64,000 nt of DNA, from positions 1 through 64,000 of the forward strand of contig CP060769.1 in NCBI GenBank assembly GCA_023205875.1, read 5' to 3'. Position numbers and translations under genes: made by a program. This stretch comes from Chloropicon primus (taxonomy: Eukaryota). Below are positions 48,564 through 60,208 of this stretch, piece by piece; the first letter of the stretch is position 1, and each line of letters begins with the position of its first letter. The notes beneath the pieces were generated by a model. That model did no database searches and was not told where the DNA came from. It saw nothing but the letters and a program-made list of their open reading frames with translations.

Positions 48564-50148
48564 CTAGCACACTCCTGGCGTGAGGTTGTTCTCTTTCTTG
48601 TAGTTGCAGCTCATGCACATGAAAGGGGGACCGACGTCCTGCCACTTTTGGATAATGTCCAGAACGGTGTTGCACAGGCACACGACGGCGAAGATGCAGG
48701 CTGTGACGATGATGGTCTTGCACACGAACTTCTCGGTCTTCGAGATGGCCTGGTCCACTTTGACGATGAACAGGCAGGGGAAGATGTACGTGGTGGCGAT
48801 GCCTCCGGTAGCCCCAGCGAAAGCGAGCAGCTCCGAAAAGAAGGACACCGTGTTGCTCAGCAGGAAGGACATGATGACCAAGAAGGTGCTCGAGACGCCC
48901 CAAATCACCTTGCGTTGGACTCGGCTCTCTGCGAAAGAAAGCGGGACAGATGAATTGAGCCAGGGGTTAGTGAGGAGAAAGGCGGAGGAGGGACGCGGCG
49001 AGAGCGAAGCGAACCCGGGGATCCTTGAATTGAGACGGACACTCACCTTTCGACTTTCCTGTGGGCCAGCTTCCCGGCCGCAGCACCTGCCACATGTAGC
49101 ACATTCCCTTGGTGAGGATGTTCAGCTCGATGATGTAGGCCACAAGCACGTGCCCGAAGAGCAAGATGTTCGCGATCTGGGCCCAGAAATCCTCTGGCAG
49201 AGCATCCGTCACCGGAGCGATGGCCAAACCTCCCAAGCAGGCGTAACCCACGCTCGCGATGAGGATATAAGACCCCATCATGGTCAAGGTGGACGACCAC
49301 ACCGCCTTGGGAAAGTCCGCTGGCTTGTCCATGGACGAGATAAGCTCGGTGAAGATCGCTTGCCCGCAGTAGGAGAACACGATCAGCACCAAGGTGTCCA
49401 CCTTGGGCCGAATATCCTTCCTCGACGTGTTAATCAGCTCCGTGTGGGCCCCCTCGAGCGGTCCCTGCTCCAGCATGCGGCAGACAGCGATGAGCACCGT
49501 TCCCAGAATCGTGACGCTCCCCAGAATGGCCAGGAAAGAGACGTTCTGCAAGCTTCTGATCTGCGCGAGGGGAAGAACGAGGAACACGGTCACCAGGGAG
49601 TACTGCCACAGGCACAAGTTACCTGCGACGTCGTAAAAGACGGTCTGGAGGGACTCGGCTGCCGCCAAGTGGAAGACGACGGTGACCACGCTGATGTAAA
49701 AGTACGTCACCGAGTTCACCACCTTCTGTCCCTTCTCCCCGTACGCAAAGTGCCCCAGGTCACCGTACTTGTCCGCCCGGTGCTTCCGGTGCTCCGCCAG
49801 AACCCATATACGCGTGATGAGACTTCCAGAGTAGATCGCCCCGAAGGCAAGAAGGACGATGAGACCCAAGCCAGGGATCCAACCCACGTCCTTCATGACG
49901 GCAGGAAGAGCGAGCACGCCCGCTCCCATCAAGTTGGCGCACATGATCACTCCCGTGTTCGTCCATGAAGATATCTTACTCTTGTGGTGCCCCCCCTCTC
50001 CCCCGTGCCCGTTCCCAAGAAGCTTGTCCTCCTCCGACAAGTCGCTTCCCCCCTCCCTCTCGCTCGCCAGGAGAGGCTGCCCTTGGTCGTACGACACCAT
50101 CCTTTCACTGTTGCTACCTTCCTCGTGAGAGTGCCTCTTCTTGCTCAT
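48564..50148 (-). CDS. Amino acid/auxin permease (AAAP) family transporter; exons 50148-49047, 48928-48564
   Basis: MGAGVLALP..GWIPG, FSYCGQ..TELISSMDKPADFPKA; about 11 TM segments. Confidence 0.88.
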
Positions 50149-50439
50149 GCTCCGCTCGCACAACGACTACGCCTTACGTACGTTCCGTACGATGCCTCGC
50201 CTCTCGTCCAACACACCGCAAAAACCTCTCCTCGCCACAACGCCAACCTCAATCGATCCTCTCCTCTCCTCTCCTCTCCTCTCCTCTCTCTGGTGCCCTC
50301 GTCGATCGTCGTTTCGTGGTGTGCAATCCTCACCAGAGCGGCGACTCTTTCGAGCGGCGGCACTTTCGAAAGAGGAAGACCTGATGCTTCCGCCTGTGTG
50401 TCCCTCCCCCCTCACAACGCCCGTCCCTCCTCGTCCTCC

Positions 50440-50478
<39 letters not shown>

Positions 50479-50515
50479 CTGTCGAGTGAGTGACAGCTAG
50501 CGAGCTGATTGAAGC

Positions 50516-50583
50516 GATGGCGAAGATGATGGCGAAGGTGATGGCGAAGGTGATGGCGAAGGTGATGGCGAAGGTGATGATGG
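50516..50583. repeat. 12-bp tandem repeat (GATGGCGAAGGT) x~5
   Basis: Visible directly in the intergenic spacer. Confidence 0.85.
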
Positions 50584-50811
50584 TGGAGGAGGAGGAGAGG
50601 GAGACTTGAGAGGGGCATATAGAATTTATTCACTCTCACTCTCACTCTAACTCTCAGTCCCCCTCCCTCTCTCTGCCGGCTCGACGTACCACACCAGAGG
50701 GTGGATGAGAAGACGGGCGATGAGAAAGAGAGCACCAGGGAGGGAGAGAGAGACCCGCAAAAAAGTCGAAAGTGTTCAGGGTTTATTCACTTCACTCTTG
50801 GCCGCCTTCCT

Positions 50812-51555
50812 TTAGTTGTCCTCGCCATTGGGGGAATCGTCCATGTTCAGAAACAGAGGCTTGGGACTCAAGTCGAGTTGCCTTATGAGGTTTGCCGTCT
50901 CGATAGCGGTCACTGCGGCCTCGGAACCCTTGTTGCCGGCCTTGCCCCCCGCTCGGTCGAAGGCTTGCTCCATCGTTTCCGTGGTCAGGACGCCAAAGAT
51001 GCAAGGAACGCAAGTGTTGAGGCCCGCGTTCAGAATGCCGTTGGTGGCCGCCCCCGCCACAGAATCGTAGTGGGTCGTGGCTCCCCTGATGACCGCTCCG
51101 ATGCAAAGGATGACGTCGTACTTGCTCGTTGCCGCCATCTGCTGGGCGATGAGAGGAATCTCAAACGCGCCGGGAACCCAAACAACCTCAACGTCGCTCG
51201 TGTCCACCCCATACCTCTCAAACGTGTCAATGGCACCGTCCATGAGTGGCCTCGTGATGAGGTCGTTGAACCTCGCCACAACCAAGCCAACCTTGAGACC
51301 AGTCCCATCCAAGGAACCCACGTGCTCCACTACTCCTCCGCCACCTGCGCGGCCGACAACACAACGACGACGTCCCTCCACCACCATCGTCGAGGAGGAG
51401 GACAAACTTCCCTGCTGCATGGACCTTCCCCTGTCCCTCCTGCCTCCGCTCCCGTCCGTCCTCCTCGACGGCGTGGGCACCACCCGTCGACTCGCCATTG
51501 TCTTCACATCCCTCACCACCGCTCGCGCTCCCCCTCTCGCACTCGTCGCCACCAT
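50812..51555 (-). CDS. ribH: 6,7-dimethyl-8-ribityllumazine synthase (plastid)
   Basis: [50 protein letters not shown]. Confidence 0.95.
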   Translation of the reverse strand: MVATSARGGARAVVRDVKTMASRRVVPTPSRRTDGSGGRRDRGRSMQQGSLSSSSTMVVEGRRRCVVGRAGGGGVVEHVGSLDGTGLKVGLVVARFNDLITRPLMDGAIDTFERYGVDTSDVEVVWVPGAFEIPLIAQQMAATSKYDVILCIGAVIRGATTHYDSVAGAATNGILNAGLNTCVPCIFGVLTTETMEQAFDRAGGKAGNKGSEAAVTAIETANLIRQLDLSPKPLFLNMDDSPNGEDN

Positions 51556-51984
51556 CACGTCCACTGCAATGCAATGCCATGCAATACGATGAGGAACAAA
51601 CTTTTTGTCAGAGGTCGACGGCGTCGAGTGAGGGGTCAAACGAAAGAGGAAGAGACGACGGCGGTGATTCCGCCACCCTTCCGTCTCCCTCTCTTCGCCC
51701 TCGACTTACCTTCTCCGCCGTTGCGTTCGTTGGGTTCCCCTCCCCTCGTCGCCAGTCGCCAGTGGATAAGGGCACTGATCCCAAGGGAAGGAAGGACAAA
51801 ACTCTGGGAAACGAAAGTCTGGTGACTTTTGATCGAGGAAAGCGGGACACAAAGGACGGAAAGGAGGCCACGAGAGGAACATGGAACAAAAGTACGTCTC
51901 ACGAGCTTTCGATTGATACCTCGTTTGATACTTTTGACGCCCTGATCGAGGTGAGGGAGAGGGACGAAGGGATCGAGGACGAGG

Positions 51985-53253
51985 ATGTGCGTCGAGGGGA
52001 GGAATGGTGCAGCAAGGGGACGAGGGCGCCTTTTGGCGGTCCATCGGTTGAGGAAAAGGGTGACCTCGACGAGATTGCCAGGGTGTCACCTGCCTCTGAT
52101 AGTGCTGCTGTGTCTGTGCACACTGGGCTCTGGTTTGAGCATAGAGGGGGCTGAGACGAGGGATCCCAAGGCAACGAAACAGGTCCTGGGCGAACAATAC
52201 ATCAACTGCAGATGCTTGGACGGAACACTTGGAGCTTTTTACCCCAACTTGAATCCGGCAGGGAACGACACTTTTGTGATCTACCTGGACGGCGGGGGGG
52301 AGTGCACGGATGAGGCGTCTTGCGCCGGGAGGGCAAAGACGAAGCTCGGGTCCTCGACTTCGATGGACGACGAGGTCTACATGAACTATGGCGTGCTGGA
52401 CACGCGAGCGGAAGCCAACCCAAACTTTGCTGATGCGAACTTTGTTCGAGTCGGGTATTGCTCCGGAGACTTGTTCCTCGGGTCGAGGCAGGATCCAACC
52501 ACGGGTTCGGAGTTGTACTTCCAGGGGAGGTACATCGTTCACGGAGTTTTGGACACTCTGTCCCTCAAGTACGGCCTCCTCGACGCCAAGACGATCGTCT
52601 TCGGCGGCGAGAGCGCGGGCGGCATTGGTTCTCTAGCACTGATGGACGAGATGGCCGAGTCCTTGAGAGTGATGGGAAGCAAGGCAAAGTTCTTGGGGTC
52701 GATCCAAGGGGGTTACTATTTCCTCAACGACGATGTGTACGAGGGATCGAATCCACCGCCTTCGAACTACATCCCTTGGGGCTCCAAGGCCTTCCCTGAC
52801 TACATTGAGTTCTGGGGCGCAGAGGATGCCTTGCCGGCGGCTTGCACCGCCAAGGAGACGGAGGATCCTTGGAAGTGCATATTGGCCGACTACAACTTCC
52901 CTTACCTGTCCACCCCAGTCTTCGTTGCGGAGGCATTTACCGACAAGGTCGTCCTGCCCCTGCACACCGGGATGCCTGGCGTCCCACCGAACCTGACTGT
53001 CGACGAGAAGAAATTCACGTATGGGTGGAGCCTGAAGATGAGCGCGTCCCTGCAGAAGAATGTGATGGATCACCAATCCCCGGGCGGCTTGTTTGCTGCG
53101 GCGTGCTGGACTCACACTTCTTTCGAGGAAGGAAGACTCGTGCAGGGCACGACCCACACGGACGCCCTCGCGAAGTGGGTTCGGGGGGACACCGTGAAGC
53201 TTCTCGACACTTGCGGGACCTTCTTGTGCAACCCAACGTGCCCTCTGTCCTAA
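51985..53253 (+). CDS. Pectin acetylesterase/Notum-family secreted esterase
   Basis: CLDG, YLDGGGEC, YCSGDLFLG, GESAGG nucleophile elbow, CWTH; hydrophobic signal segment. Confidence 0.8.
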   Translation: MCVEGRNGAARGRGRLLAVHRLRKRVTSTRLPGCHLPLIVLLCLCTLGSGLSIEGAETRDPKATKQVLGEQYINCRCLDGTLGAFYPNLNPAGNDTFVIYLDGGGECTDEASCAGRAKTKLGSSTSMDDEVYMNYGVLDTRAEANPNFADANFVRVGYCSGDLFLGSRQDPTTGSELYFQGRYIVHGVLDTLSLKYGLLDAKTIVFGGESAGGIGSLALMDEMAESLRVMGSKAKFLGSIQGGYYFLNDDVYEGSNPPPSNYIPWGSKAFPDYIEFWGAEDALPAACTAKETEDPWKCILADYNFPYLSTPVFVAEAFTDKVVLPLHTGMPGVPPNLTVDEKKFTYGWSLKMSASLQKNVMDHQSPGGLFAAACWTHTSFEEGRLVQGTTHTDALAKWVRGDTVKLLDTCGTFLCNPTCPLS

Positions 53254-53326
53254 TGTTGGACGCAAAACAAAAGCACATACTCGTGTTACATAATTACACA
53301 AAAATGCCTAACTCTCCACTCTCGCT

Positions 53327-55006
53327 TCACTCCCAGACCTTTTCTGCCTTGTGGACCTGCTCGTGGAAGGAGTCCGCGGCCACGAGGAGCTGCTTGACCT
53401 CTTTCATGGCAATGAGCAACTTTCCGCACAGCACGGGCGAGAGCATGTCGCACATGGACTTGAGACCATTGATGTGAACCTGAGAGGACAGGCTCAGAAA
53501 TCTCGAGACGAGGGTTTCCATCGCCTTCTGGCCGGGCGGGGCTCCTGGAGACTTCAGGTAGCAATGCCGGAAGGCCCCTTGGAACAGGAAAGACGCCACC
53601 TTGGGATCGTGGTGCTTTCTCGTGAGCTCAAAGGGAGCGTCCCACTTGGTCTCAAACTCCTTCACCAGCCCCCCCTCCGCCTGCCTGATCTCCCCAAGAA
53701 CCAGCCCGACCCGAGCCTTGTCGCTGTCAGAGATGCTCTGCGTGGTCTTGTAGAGGTAGTCCACGGCCTGGGACAGGAGGGCGCTGAGGGAAGCCTCGCC
53801 CATGATGTTCAGGCTTCGCTCCGCGTGTCCCAGGTAGCACTGGCAAAGGATGCAGAACATGCACGTGCACCTCACCTGGCAAGGATCCTCCAGGATGCTC
53901 GAGGTCCCCGCGGAGGCCTCCAGGTGCGGCACCAGAGGCAGGTGGGCCAGCATCCTCATCTTGAGATGCAGCTGCTGCTCCTTGATGGACGCCAAGGTTC
54001 TCGAGTGAGACTGGAGAATTGGCCTCAGCATCTCCTCCTTCTGCTCCAAGCTCATCTCATTCGAGTCCACGATGTTGCTCACGGACCTCAGCAGCTCGTC
54101 GCACAGGAGGGTCTCCCTCTGGGCCAGGACGTGCCTGATGTTGACCGTGTCGGGGTGGTGCAGCACCACCTGAGTCCGGATGGACCCCTCGCCCGGGTTT
54201 TGGGTCTTGGCCAAAGCCTTGCTGATGCTCTTCGAGGCGTCGCGAAGCTCCTTGCCGACTTCGCTGCAGATTTGCTGCACGGCCTCCTCCGGGGACTTCT
54301 GGGTTTTGCTCCTGTTCGTGGAGGTGATCCTCCTCAGCTGCATCTGGTGGCTCACGTTGGAGTCCGCGGTCAGGGGCGTGTGGGTGTTCTGATCCGAGCC
54401 CTCGACGACGTGGTGACGCCGAGAGTCGGGAGTGGCGCCCTCCAACTTGCCGACCAAGGCCTTGTCGGCGATGTCCTCCACCCTCCTCGTCAGGGCCCCC
54501 GCGAGGGTCATCACCGCCTTCTCGATGCTCTTGTCCTTTCCCTCGCTCGCGCCCGCGGGGTCCCCCCGGTTGGTCTCGCTCTCGTCCGCGGTGGTGGCCT
54601 CGGCCTCCTCGCCCAGGTTGCTGCTCCCCTGCCTCAAGGTCGTCGTCGCCTCGTCGATCTCCTGCTCGTACTCCTTCATCTGCTCGAAGCTTCTCCTCAG
54701 CTCCTCGTTCTCCAAGTGCAGCCTGCTGTTCTGCTCCTTCACCGAATAGATGCTCTCGTTCAGGCACTTGATCTCGACCCTGAACACCTCCCTCTCGTGC
54801 TCCAGCACGTGCTTCTTCCGCTTCTTCCTCTGGTACTGGAGCCAAGCCCGGCACTGGGCTTGCGTCAGCCCCGTCTCCTGCGCCAGCGCCCTCACCTCCC
54901 CGCTCCCCGGCGCCTGATTCCTCTCGTAGCAAGCCTCCAGCGCCGCCAGCTGCTCGTGCGTGTACTTGGAGCTCCCAACCACCGTGCCGTACGACGTGCC
55001 CTCCAT
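53327..55006 (-). CDS. Homeodomain-leucine zipper protein A with DOG1-like C-terminal domain
   Basis: YTHEQLAALEACY..LAQETGLTQAQCRAWLQYQRKK, heptad zipper, AERSLNIMG..SALL. Confidence 0.8.
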   Translation of the reverse strand: MEGTSYGTVVGSSKYTHEQLAALEACYERNQAPGSGEVRALAQETGLTQAQCRAWLQYQRKKRKKHVLEHEREVFRVEIKCLNESIYSVKEQNSRLHLENEELRRSFEQMKEYEQEIDEATTTLRQGSSNLGEEAEATTADESETNRGDPAGASEGKDKSIEKAVMTLAGALTRRVEDIADKALVGKLEGATPDSRRHHVVEGSDQNTHTPLTADSNVSHQMQLRRITSTNRSKTQKSPEEAVQQICSEVGKELRDASKSISKALAKTQNPGEGSIRTQVVLHHPDTVNIRHVLAQRETLLCDELLRSVSNIVDSNEMSLEQKEEMLRPILQSHSRTLASIKEQQLHLKMRMLAHLPLVPHLEASAGTSSILEDPCQVRCTCMFCILCQCYLGHAERSLNIMGEASLSALLSQAVDYLYKTTQSISDSDKARVGLVLGEIRQAEGGLVKEFETKWDAPFELTRKHHDPKVASFLFQGAFRHCYLKSPGAPPGQKAMETLVSRFLSLSSQVHINGLKSMCDMLSPVLCGKLLIAMKEVKQLLVAADSFHEQVHKAEKVWE

Positions 55007-55997
55007 GACGAGCCCTTTGACCGTTACTCACACAAACCGCCACCCAAGCGAGCGAGCAAACAAGGGGTCCAGACCTCCCTCGGAGAGCAAAGGAAGAAGG
55101 GAAAACCGTCTCGCCCAATCGCGACGCCGTCGTCCCGCTCACTCCCTCGGCAACCAATCAATCGCACCGCCGACACATAAGGGGTTGTGTGCGCGAGGTG
55201 CCGAAAAAGAAAACGTTCGGTCGGCCGTTACTTTTTCCCTCCCTCCTGATGAGCCACACCTTCGTTTTCTCCCGCCGAGGGGTCGCTCGAAAGAGGAAGA
55301 CGAGGCGGTTCGCCGTGCTCCCGTCCCCTTCCCTTTCCCTTTCCCGTCCTCGTCGCCAAGCGTCCGTCTACCGCTGTCGCGCCATGTGGTGGCGGGCGCA
55401 GAGCCAACGATACTTTTCATGGCTTTCCTCACGAGGGAAGAATAGCGAGCTCATCCTGCCAATTATATTTGGGAGGAAAAATGGGTAATTCAAACCCCAC
55501 CTGAGGGTAACGGGCCAGGCGCTCCGTAACGCAAAAGATCGAGGGACGATGGACGTCCGCAAGTACTCGAAGCGGCACAAGCCCACCGAGGCGTGGGACA
55601 GAGGGACATGATCACGGGCAACAAAACGAAAAGACAAAAGACAACAAAGAATAACAGTGTTGCATCCCTCATAAATAAATAGCAAGGACCCTTTCATATT
55701 TCGGAGGATGGGGGGGTGGGACCCACCACCTGTTCTCCTTCTTCTTCTTCTCCTTCTGCTTCCATTGTCAGTCGCCCACCACACTCGAAGATCGAAGATC
55801 CACGCTCTCAAGCCAAGTCAGAAGAAGACGGCAGGACCTCGAACTCCCAGCCGTGGAGCTGGTTGTCGTAAAAGCTGCAGGAGGCAACCTCCACCCGATG
55901 ATGGTGGTGATGATGGTGGTGGTGGAAGACAAGTCGCGGGAGGACAAGCAAGCAAGTGAATCCCTCCATCAACAAGTTTATTATGTATGCTCTGCTT

Positions 55998-57084
55998 TCA
56001 CGCGGCGGGATTCCCACTTTTTCTGACGAAAGAAACGTTTTGAAGGATCCTTCCGGGCTCCAGGTGGCCAGCTTCCTCGCCGGGGCTCTCCAGGGAGTCC
56101 ACCTCTCCCTCCAGCTCCCGGCACTTGATCTCGTACGTCTCGAACAGGAGCGTTGCCATGAAGTCCAAGGCCAGGGGACCAGGATGGAACCCATCGGGAG
56201 CGAAGAAGCTCTTCAAGGACGACAGGGAGGACGGCACGGTCCCCATCTCCCTCCTCACGAGGTCGTTGATTCCGGGACCCGTGTAGTCCACGTGGATGAC
56301 CGTTCCTGGCAGCGCGGAGCAAACCTTGGCCATCACCCCGTTGAACGCCTTTGCCTTTGCCCCGGCGAGCCGCTTCAGCAGGGGAGTGAGCGCGACGAAC
56401 ATCGACATGGGAGGCATGCCGAGAAGGATGATGGCAGAGTGTTCCCCCACCTTGGCCCGAATCGCGGAGAGCAAGGACCTGAGCTCCTCCTTGAACACGG
56501 CGTCACTCTGCATCGCCCTGTTCCAACCAGAGAGACAGAGAGAGACAGAGAGAGACGGAGAGAAGAATTAGTTTGTGCGAACGGCGACGCGCCAGACCAC
56601 CGACTTACAACAGATTGTTCACGCCCACGGACAGGACGACGACATCCGGATTGCCCGGGATCCTCTTCACGTGGTTTTTCTCGATCCTGGCAGCTTCATA
56701 ACCGTTCCTCCCTATCACCCGCCACGACACTGGCCGACCACTGTGCTTGGAAAGATGTCTCGCAAAGGTCCCAGCGCACGCCTCCTCGTTCGATGTCAGG
56801 CCGCACCCCGCCGCGACGCTGTCCCCGATGCAGACCATCCTCAGCGCCTTCCCCTTGCTCCCCTCGCTCCCCTTGCTCTCGTCCGCGAGGCCTTTCGTGG
56901 GCCCGGGTGCCTCTGGCAGCCTCGGCGTGAACATGGCGACGTAACCGAGCTCCGAGAGAAAGTACGCACCCGCCAGGCCAAGGGGAACGAGCGTGGAGAC
57001 GCAGGCCGTCACGATCGGACTCAATGTTCCCATCCTCCACCTCGCGCAGGGTCCCTTCCCTCTCCTCCCCTGCCAGAACACCAT
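55998..57084 (-). CDS. SGNH/GDSL hydrolase; exons 57084-56609, 56517-55998
   Basis: GDSVAAG block I, GVNN block III, DGFHP block V; the intron restores frame. Confidence 0.85.
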
Positions 57085-57712
57085 CGAGACTGAGCACCAC
57101 TCCACAAGCCACCTTGGCTTCCTGCTGGCAAACTCTTGGACGTCAAAACGAGTCAGAAGACGGCATCGGAACCTCGAGCGATGGCCAGGCAGGCCTCTTC
57201 ATCGCACTCGACTCACCTGAAGGGATTCTTGCCCTCCCTTCTTTCCTCGCCGTCCTCTTCCCGGTCGCTTGCGGGCTTGGCCTTGTCCCCTGTGAAAAAG
57301 CAAAAGCAGAAGAGAAAGCGTGTCACGTGACAGAGGGAGAGGCCACACCGTACGCGTGCGCGTGATGCCTGGATTGGTGAGGACTCGCTCCCTTCTGATT
57401 CACCAGAGCAACGATACGATTGCTGCCACTTGACTTAATGCTTGACCTTCTTGGTGTGGGTGGGTTGCAGAGTTTCCATGGGATGAGGGGACGACGAGGG
57501 AGGGCTTGGGGACTGTCGTCGTCGCGTGCGTCTGTACCTTGACTTGTAATGTGTACAACAAACAAACGAGCGAGAGAACGAATGAAGGAGCAGACGGGCA
57601 GAAGCTCTGCTGCCCTTTCCCTGCCGTCGTCGTCGTCGTTCGAATAATGGCGTGATGGGGAAGGACCCCTCTCTTTCAACCGTCGTCCAATAATCCAATA
57701 AAATGGGGGCGT

Positions 57713-59299
57713 TCACTTGACGAGGAGCTGGTAGAACCCGTCGCTCGCTCTCAGGATCTGCTTCACCTTGTGCATCGCCAGGAAGATTCTGGCGCACAGC
57801 AACGGGGGAAGCTTCTCGTAGCACTTTGCGATACCCTCCTTGTATACCTTGACCGCCCCCTCCATGGTCTCGATCATCAGGGCGGAGGTGTCCTCGGCGG
57901 ACGTCGCCAGGACGGACTCCACGTGGGACCGGACGCTCGCGTCCCGGTGCCTCTCCACGAAGGCGTAGGGCAGGTGGAACCCGACCTCGAACTTGCAGAC
58001 GAGCTCCGTCTCCTGCTTCTTCAGGTCCTCCCGGAACTTGTGCATCAGCATGATCTGGTCGAAGGGGATGGGCTCCTCCAGGTTGATCAAGTCGTATGCC
58101 TGGACGAAGAGGGCGTAGAGGCTGGCCTCCCCCATCAGGCACAGGCTCCTCTCCGCGTAACCCAGGTAAGACATGTTGAAGATGCACATGACGGACTCCG
58201 AGCGCACGTGCAAGTCGGGCTGGAGGACGGCCGCCGGGTCCCTCTTCCGGGGCAGGAGGGGCAGCTGGCCCGCGAGCTTCTTCCTCGTGCTCAGCTGGGC
58301 GTCCTTGATCGCGAGCTCGGCCTTGACGAACGAGTCCAGGAGCGGGCCCACCTCCTGCTCCTTCTGCTGGGCGGTCTTGCCCTTGTCCCCGACGATGTCG
58401 TCCAGGGACTTCATGAGCACGGTGATGATGTCCATGGGGTTCTCGGACTGGAACATCACGGCCCTCACCTGCTGGGCCTCCTGGCTGTGCAGCACGGCAT
58501 CCTGCACTTGGGTGTTCTTCCCCTCCCCTTGGAGGACTCGGGTGACCACCCGGGAGGCGCGCTTCACGTGGTCCCCCGCGTTGCTCGCGATCTGCCCCGA
58601 GACGTCCACGTTGTTCACGTCCAGCGGCTTGCTCACTGTTGAGGAGGCCCCCGCGGGGGGCCGGAGCAGGGCGGCCTTGATGGCGGCCAGGGGGTCTTGG
58701 GTCTGCTCCGACCCCGGGGACGCGTCGGCGGCCATCGTCCTCGGCCTCTTCGCCGCCGTCCCGAGGGTGGGCTCCTCCTCCTCGGCCGCCCCTTCGCCGT
58801 CGGCGACGTTACAAAAGTCCTCCACGTTCCTCCTCAGGGCCTTGTTCTCCGTGAGCAGCGCCGCGTTCCTCTCCTTGGCCCTCCCCAAGTCCTCCACCAG
58901 CAGCTTGATCTCCTTGTACAGGGATTCGGACTGGTTCTCCAGGACGTTCTTCTTCCTCTTCTTCCGCTGGTACTGGAACCAGGCCTTGCACTGCAGGTGG
59001 GTCAGGCCCGCCCTCGCGGCGATGCTCCTCAGGGACTTGGCCGTGGGGTTCGGGTTCTCCCCGTAGCACTCTTTCAGGATGGCCAGGTGGTGGTCGCTGA
59101 ACTTCTTCGAGGACGTCGACGACGTCGAGGGCAGGGTCCCCATCGACGAGGTCGCCATCGAGGGCAGGGTCCCCATCGACGAGGTCGTCGTCGTCGTCGT
59201 TGTTGTCGTTGTGGTGGTGGTGGTCGGGTCCGCCGCAGCAGCGGCGGCGGCGGAGTCCTCTGACTTTTTGGAAGAAAGCGCCATGGTCGTCGGCACCAT
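57713..59299 (-). CDS. Homeodomain-leucine zipper protein B with DOG1-like C-terminal domain (paralogue of A)
   Basis: FSDHHLAILKECY..IAARAGLTHLQCKAWFQYQRKK, zipper, YLGYAERSLCLMGEASL shared with A. Confidence 0.8.
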   Translation of the reverse strand: MVPTTMALSSKKSEDSAAAAAAADPTTTTTTTTTTTTTTSSMGTLPSMATSSMGTLPSTSSTSSKKFSDHHLAILKECYGENPNPTAKSLRSIAARAGLTHLQCKAWFQYQRKKRKKNVLENQSESLYKEIKLLVEDLGRAKERNAALLTENKALRRNVEDFCNVADGEGAAEEEEPTLGTAAKRPRTMAADASPGSEQTQDPLAAIKAALLRPPAGASSTVSKPLDVNNVDVSGQIASNAGDHVKRASRVVTRVLQGEGKNTQVQDAVLHSQEAQQVRAVMFQSENPMDIITVLMKSLDDIVGDKGKTAQQKEQEVGPLLDSFVKAELAIKDAQLSTRKKLAGQLPLLPRKRDPAAVLQPDLHVRSESVMCIFNMSYLGYAERSLCLMGEASLYALFVQAYDLINLEEPIPFDQIMLMHKFREDLKKQETELVCKFEVGFHLPYAFVERHRDASVRSHVESVLATSAEDTSALMIETMEGAVKVYKEGIAKCYEKLPPLLCARIFLAMHKVKQILRASDGFYQLLVK

Positions 59300-59490
59300 G
59301 CCCGATGTTCGTTTGTTCTTTCTTCTTCTTTCTTCTTTCTTCTTGGTTGGTTGGGGCGACGACCGTTACACCAGCAGCAGCAGCAAGCAGCAGCAGCAAG
59401 GAAAGACGGGCGTCGTCTTCGGAGGCCAAAGGGTCCCTTGGTGATTGCCGTCCGAGTCGAGCGGATACCGGCGCGAAGGGGCCAAAGGCC

Positions 59491-59536
59491 AGCAGTAACG
59501 GCCCTCTCAAGCAGTAACGGCCCTCTCAAGCAGTAA
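59491..59536. repeat. 19-bp tandem repeat AGCAGTAACGGCCCTCTCA x2.4 upstream of homeobox B
   Basis: Copies at 59491, 59510 and a partial copy at 59529. Confidence 0.85.
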
Positions 59537-59806
59537 CCCTACCCTACCCACCGTCGTCTTTCGTCGTGTGGTGCGCGCGAGCGCTCCCGCCGGAAAAAGC
59601 AAAGCCGTCGAAGAGAGAGACGAGAGAAGAGGAAGAGGAAGAGGAAGTTGTCGTCGTCTTCGAAGGGTCCCGGGACCAGGGTCTCTTTCGCGGTCCGGTC
59701 GTCGTCGTCGTCGTCGCCGCCCCCGAACAAGTGTTGAGGTTTCGACCACAGCAAATAACGTTCGACATCAAAAATTTTTGATTTTGATCCAATTCCGGAA
59801 AAACCT

Positions 59807-60208
59807 ATCATGAATTGGATTTTGATTGGAAGGGGGGAGAACGAAACGGCTTTCAGCAGGGAAAAACTGGACTTGGGAGGCAAAGGCGAGGCGAGGCAAG
59901 GCGAGGCGAGGGAGCAAACAAGACGAGGGATTGCCGGTCCCCGTCTTGCTGAGGGGACAGGGCAGAGGGAGGGAGCAAACAAGACGAGGGATTGCCAAGA
60001 AAAAGGATGAGGATGGTCAAGAGCTAGAGCTACTATGCTATGACCAGCACAGAAGCAGGCCAGAACGGGTGATTCTGGCTCGAGGTAGACCAAGCACGGG
60101 TCGAAGCTGGCAGCTCGGGCACATCTCCGCGGCTTCCTTCTTCCAGGTCTTGTTGCCTCTCCCACTGGAGCAGTTCAGGTTCTTCGTTGGCAGCAGCAGA
60201 TTGATACG
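59807..60208 (+). repeat. Left arm of a ~400-bp inverted repeat
   Basis: Near-exact reverse complement of 62451-62852 (the same ORF translations appear on opposite strands). Confidence 0.93.

Noticed and set aside
60035..60110. PWWP-like HPFWPASV peptide inside the inverted arm
   Set aside because: Too short, followed by a stop; could be chance
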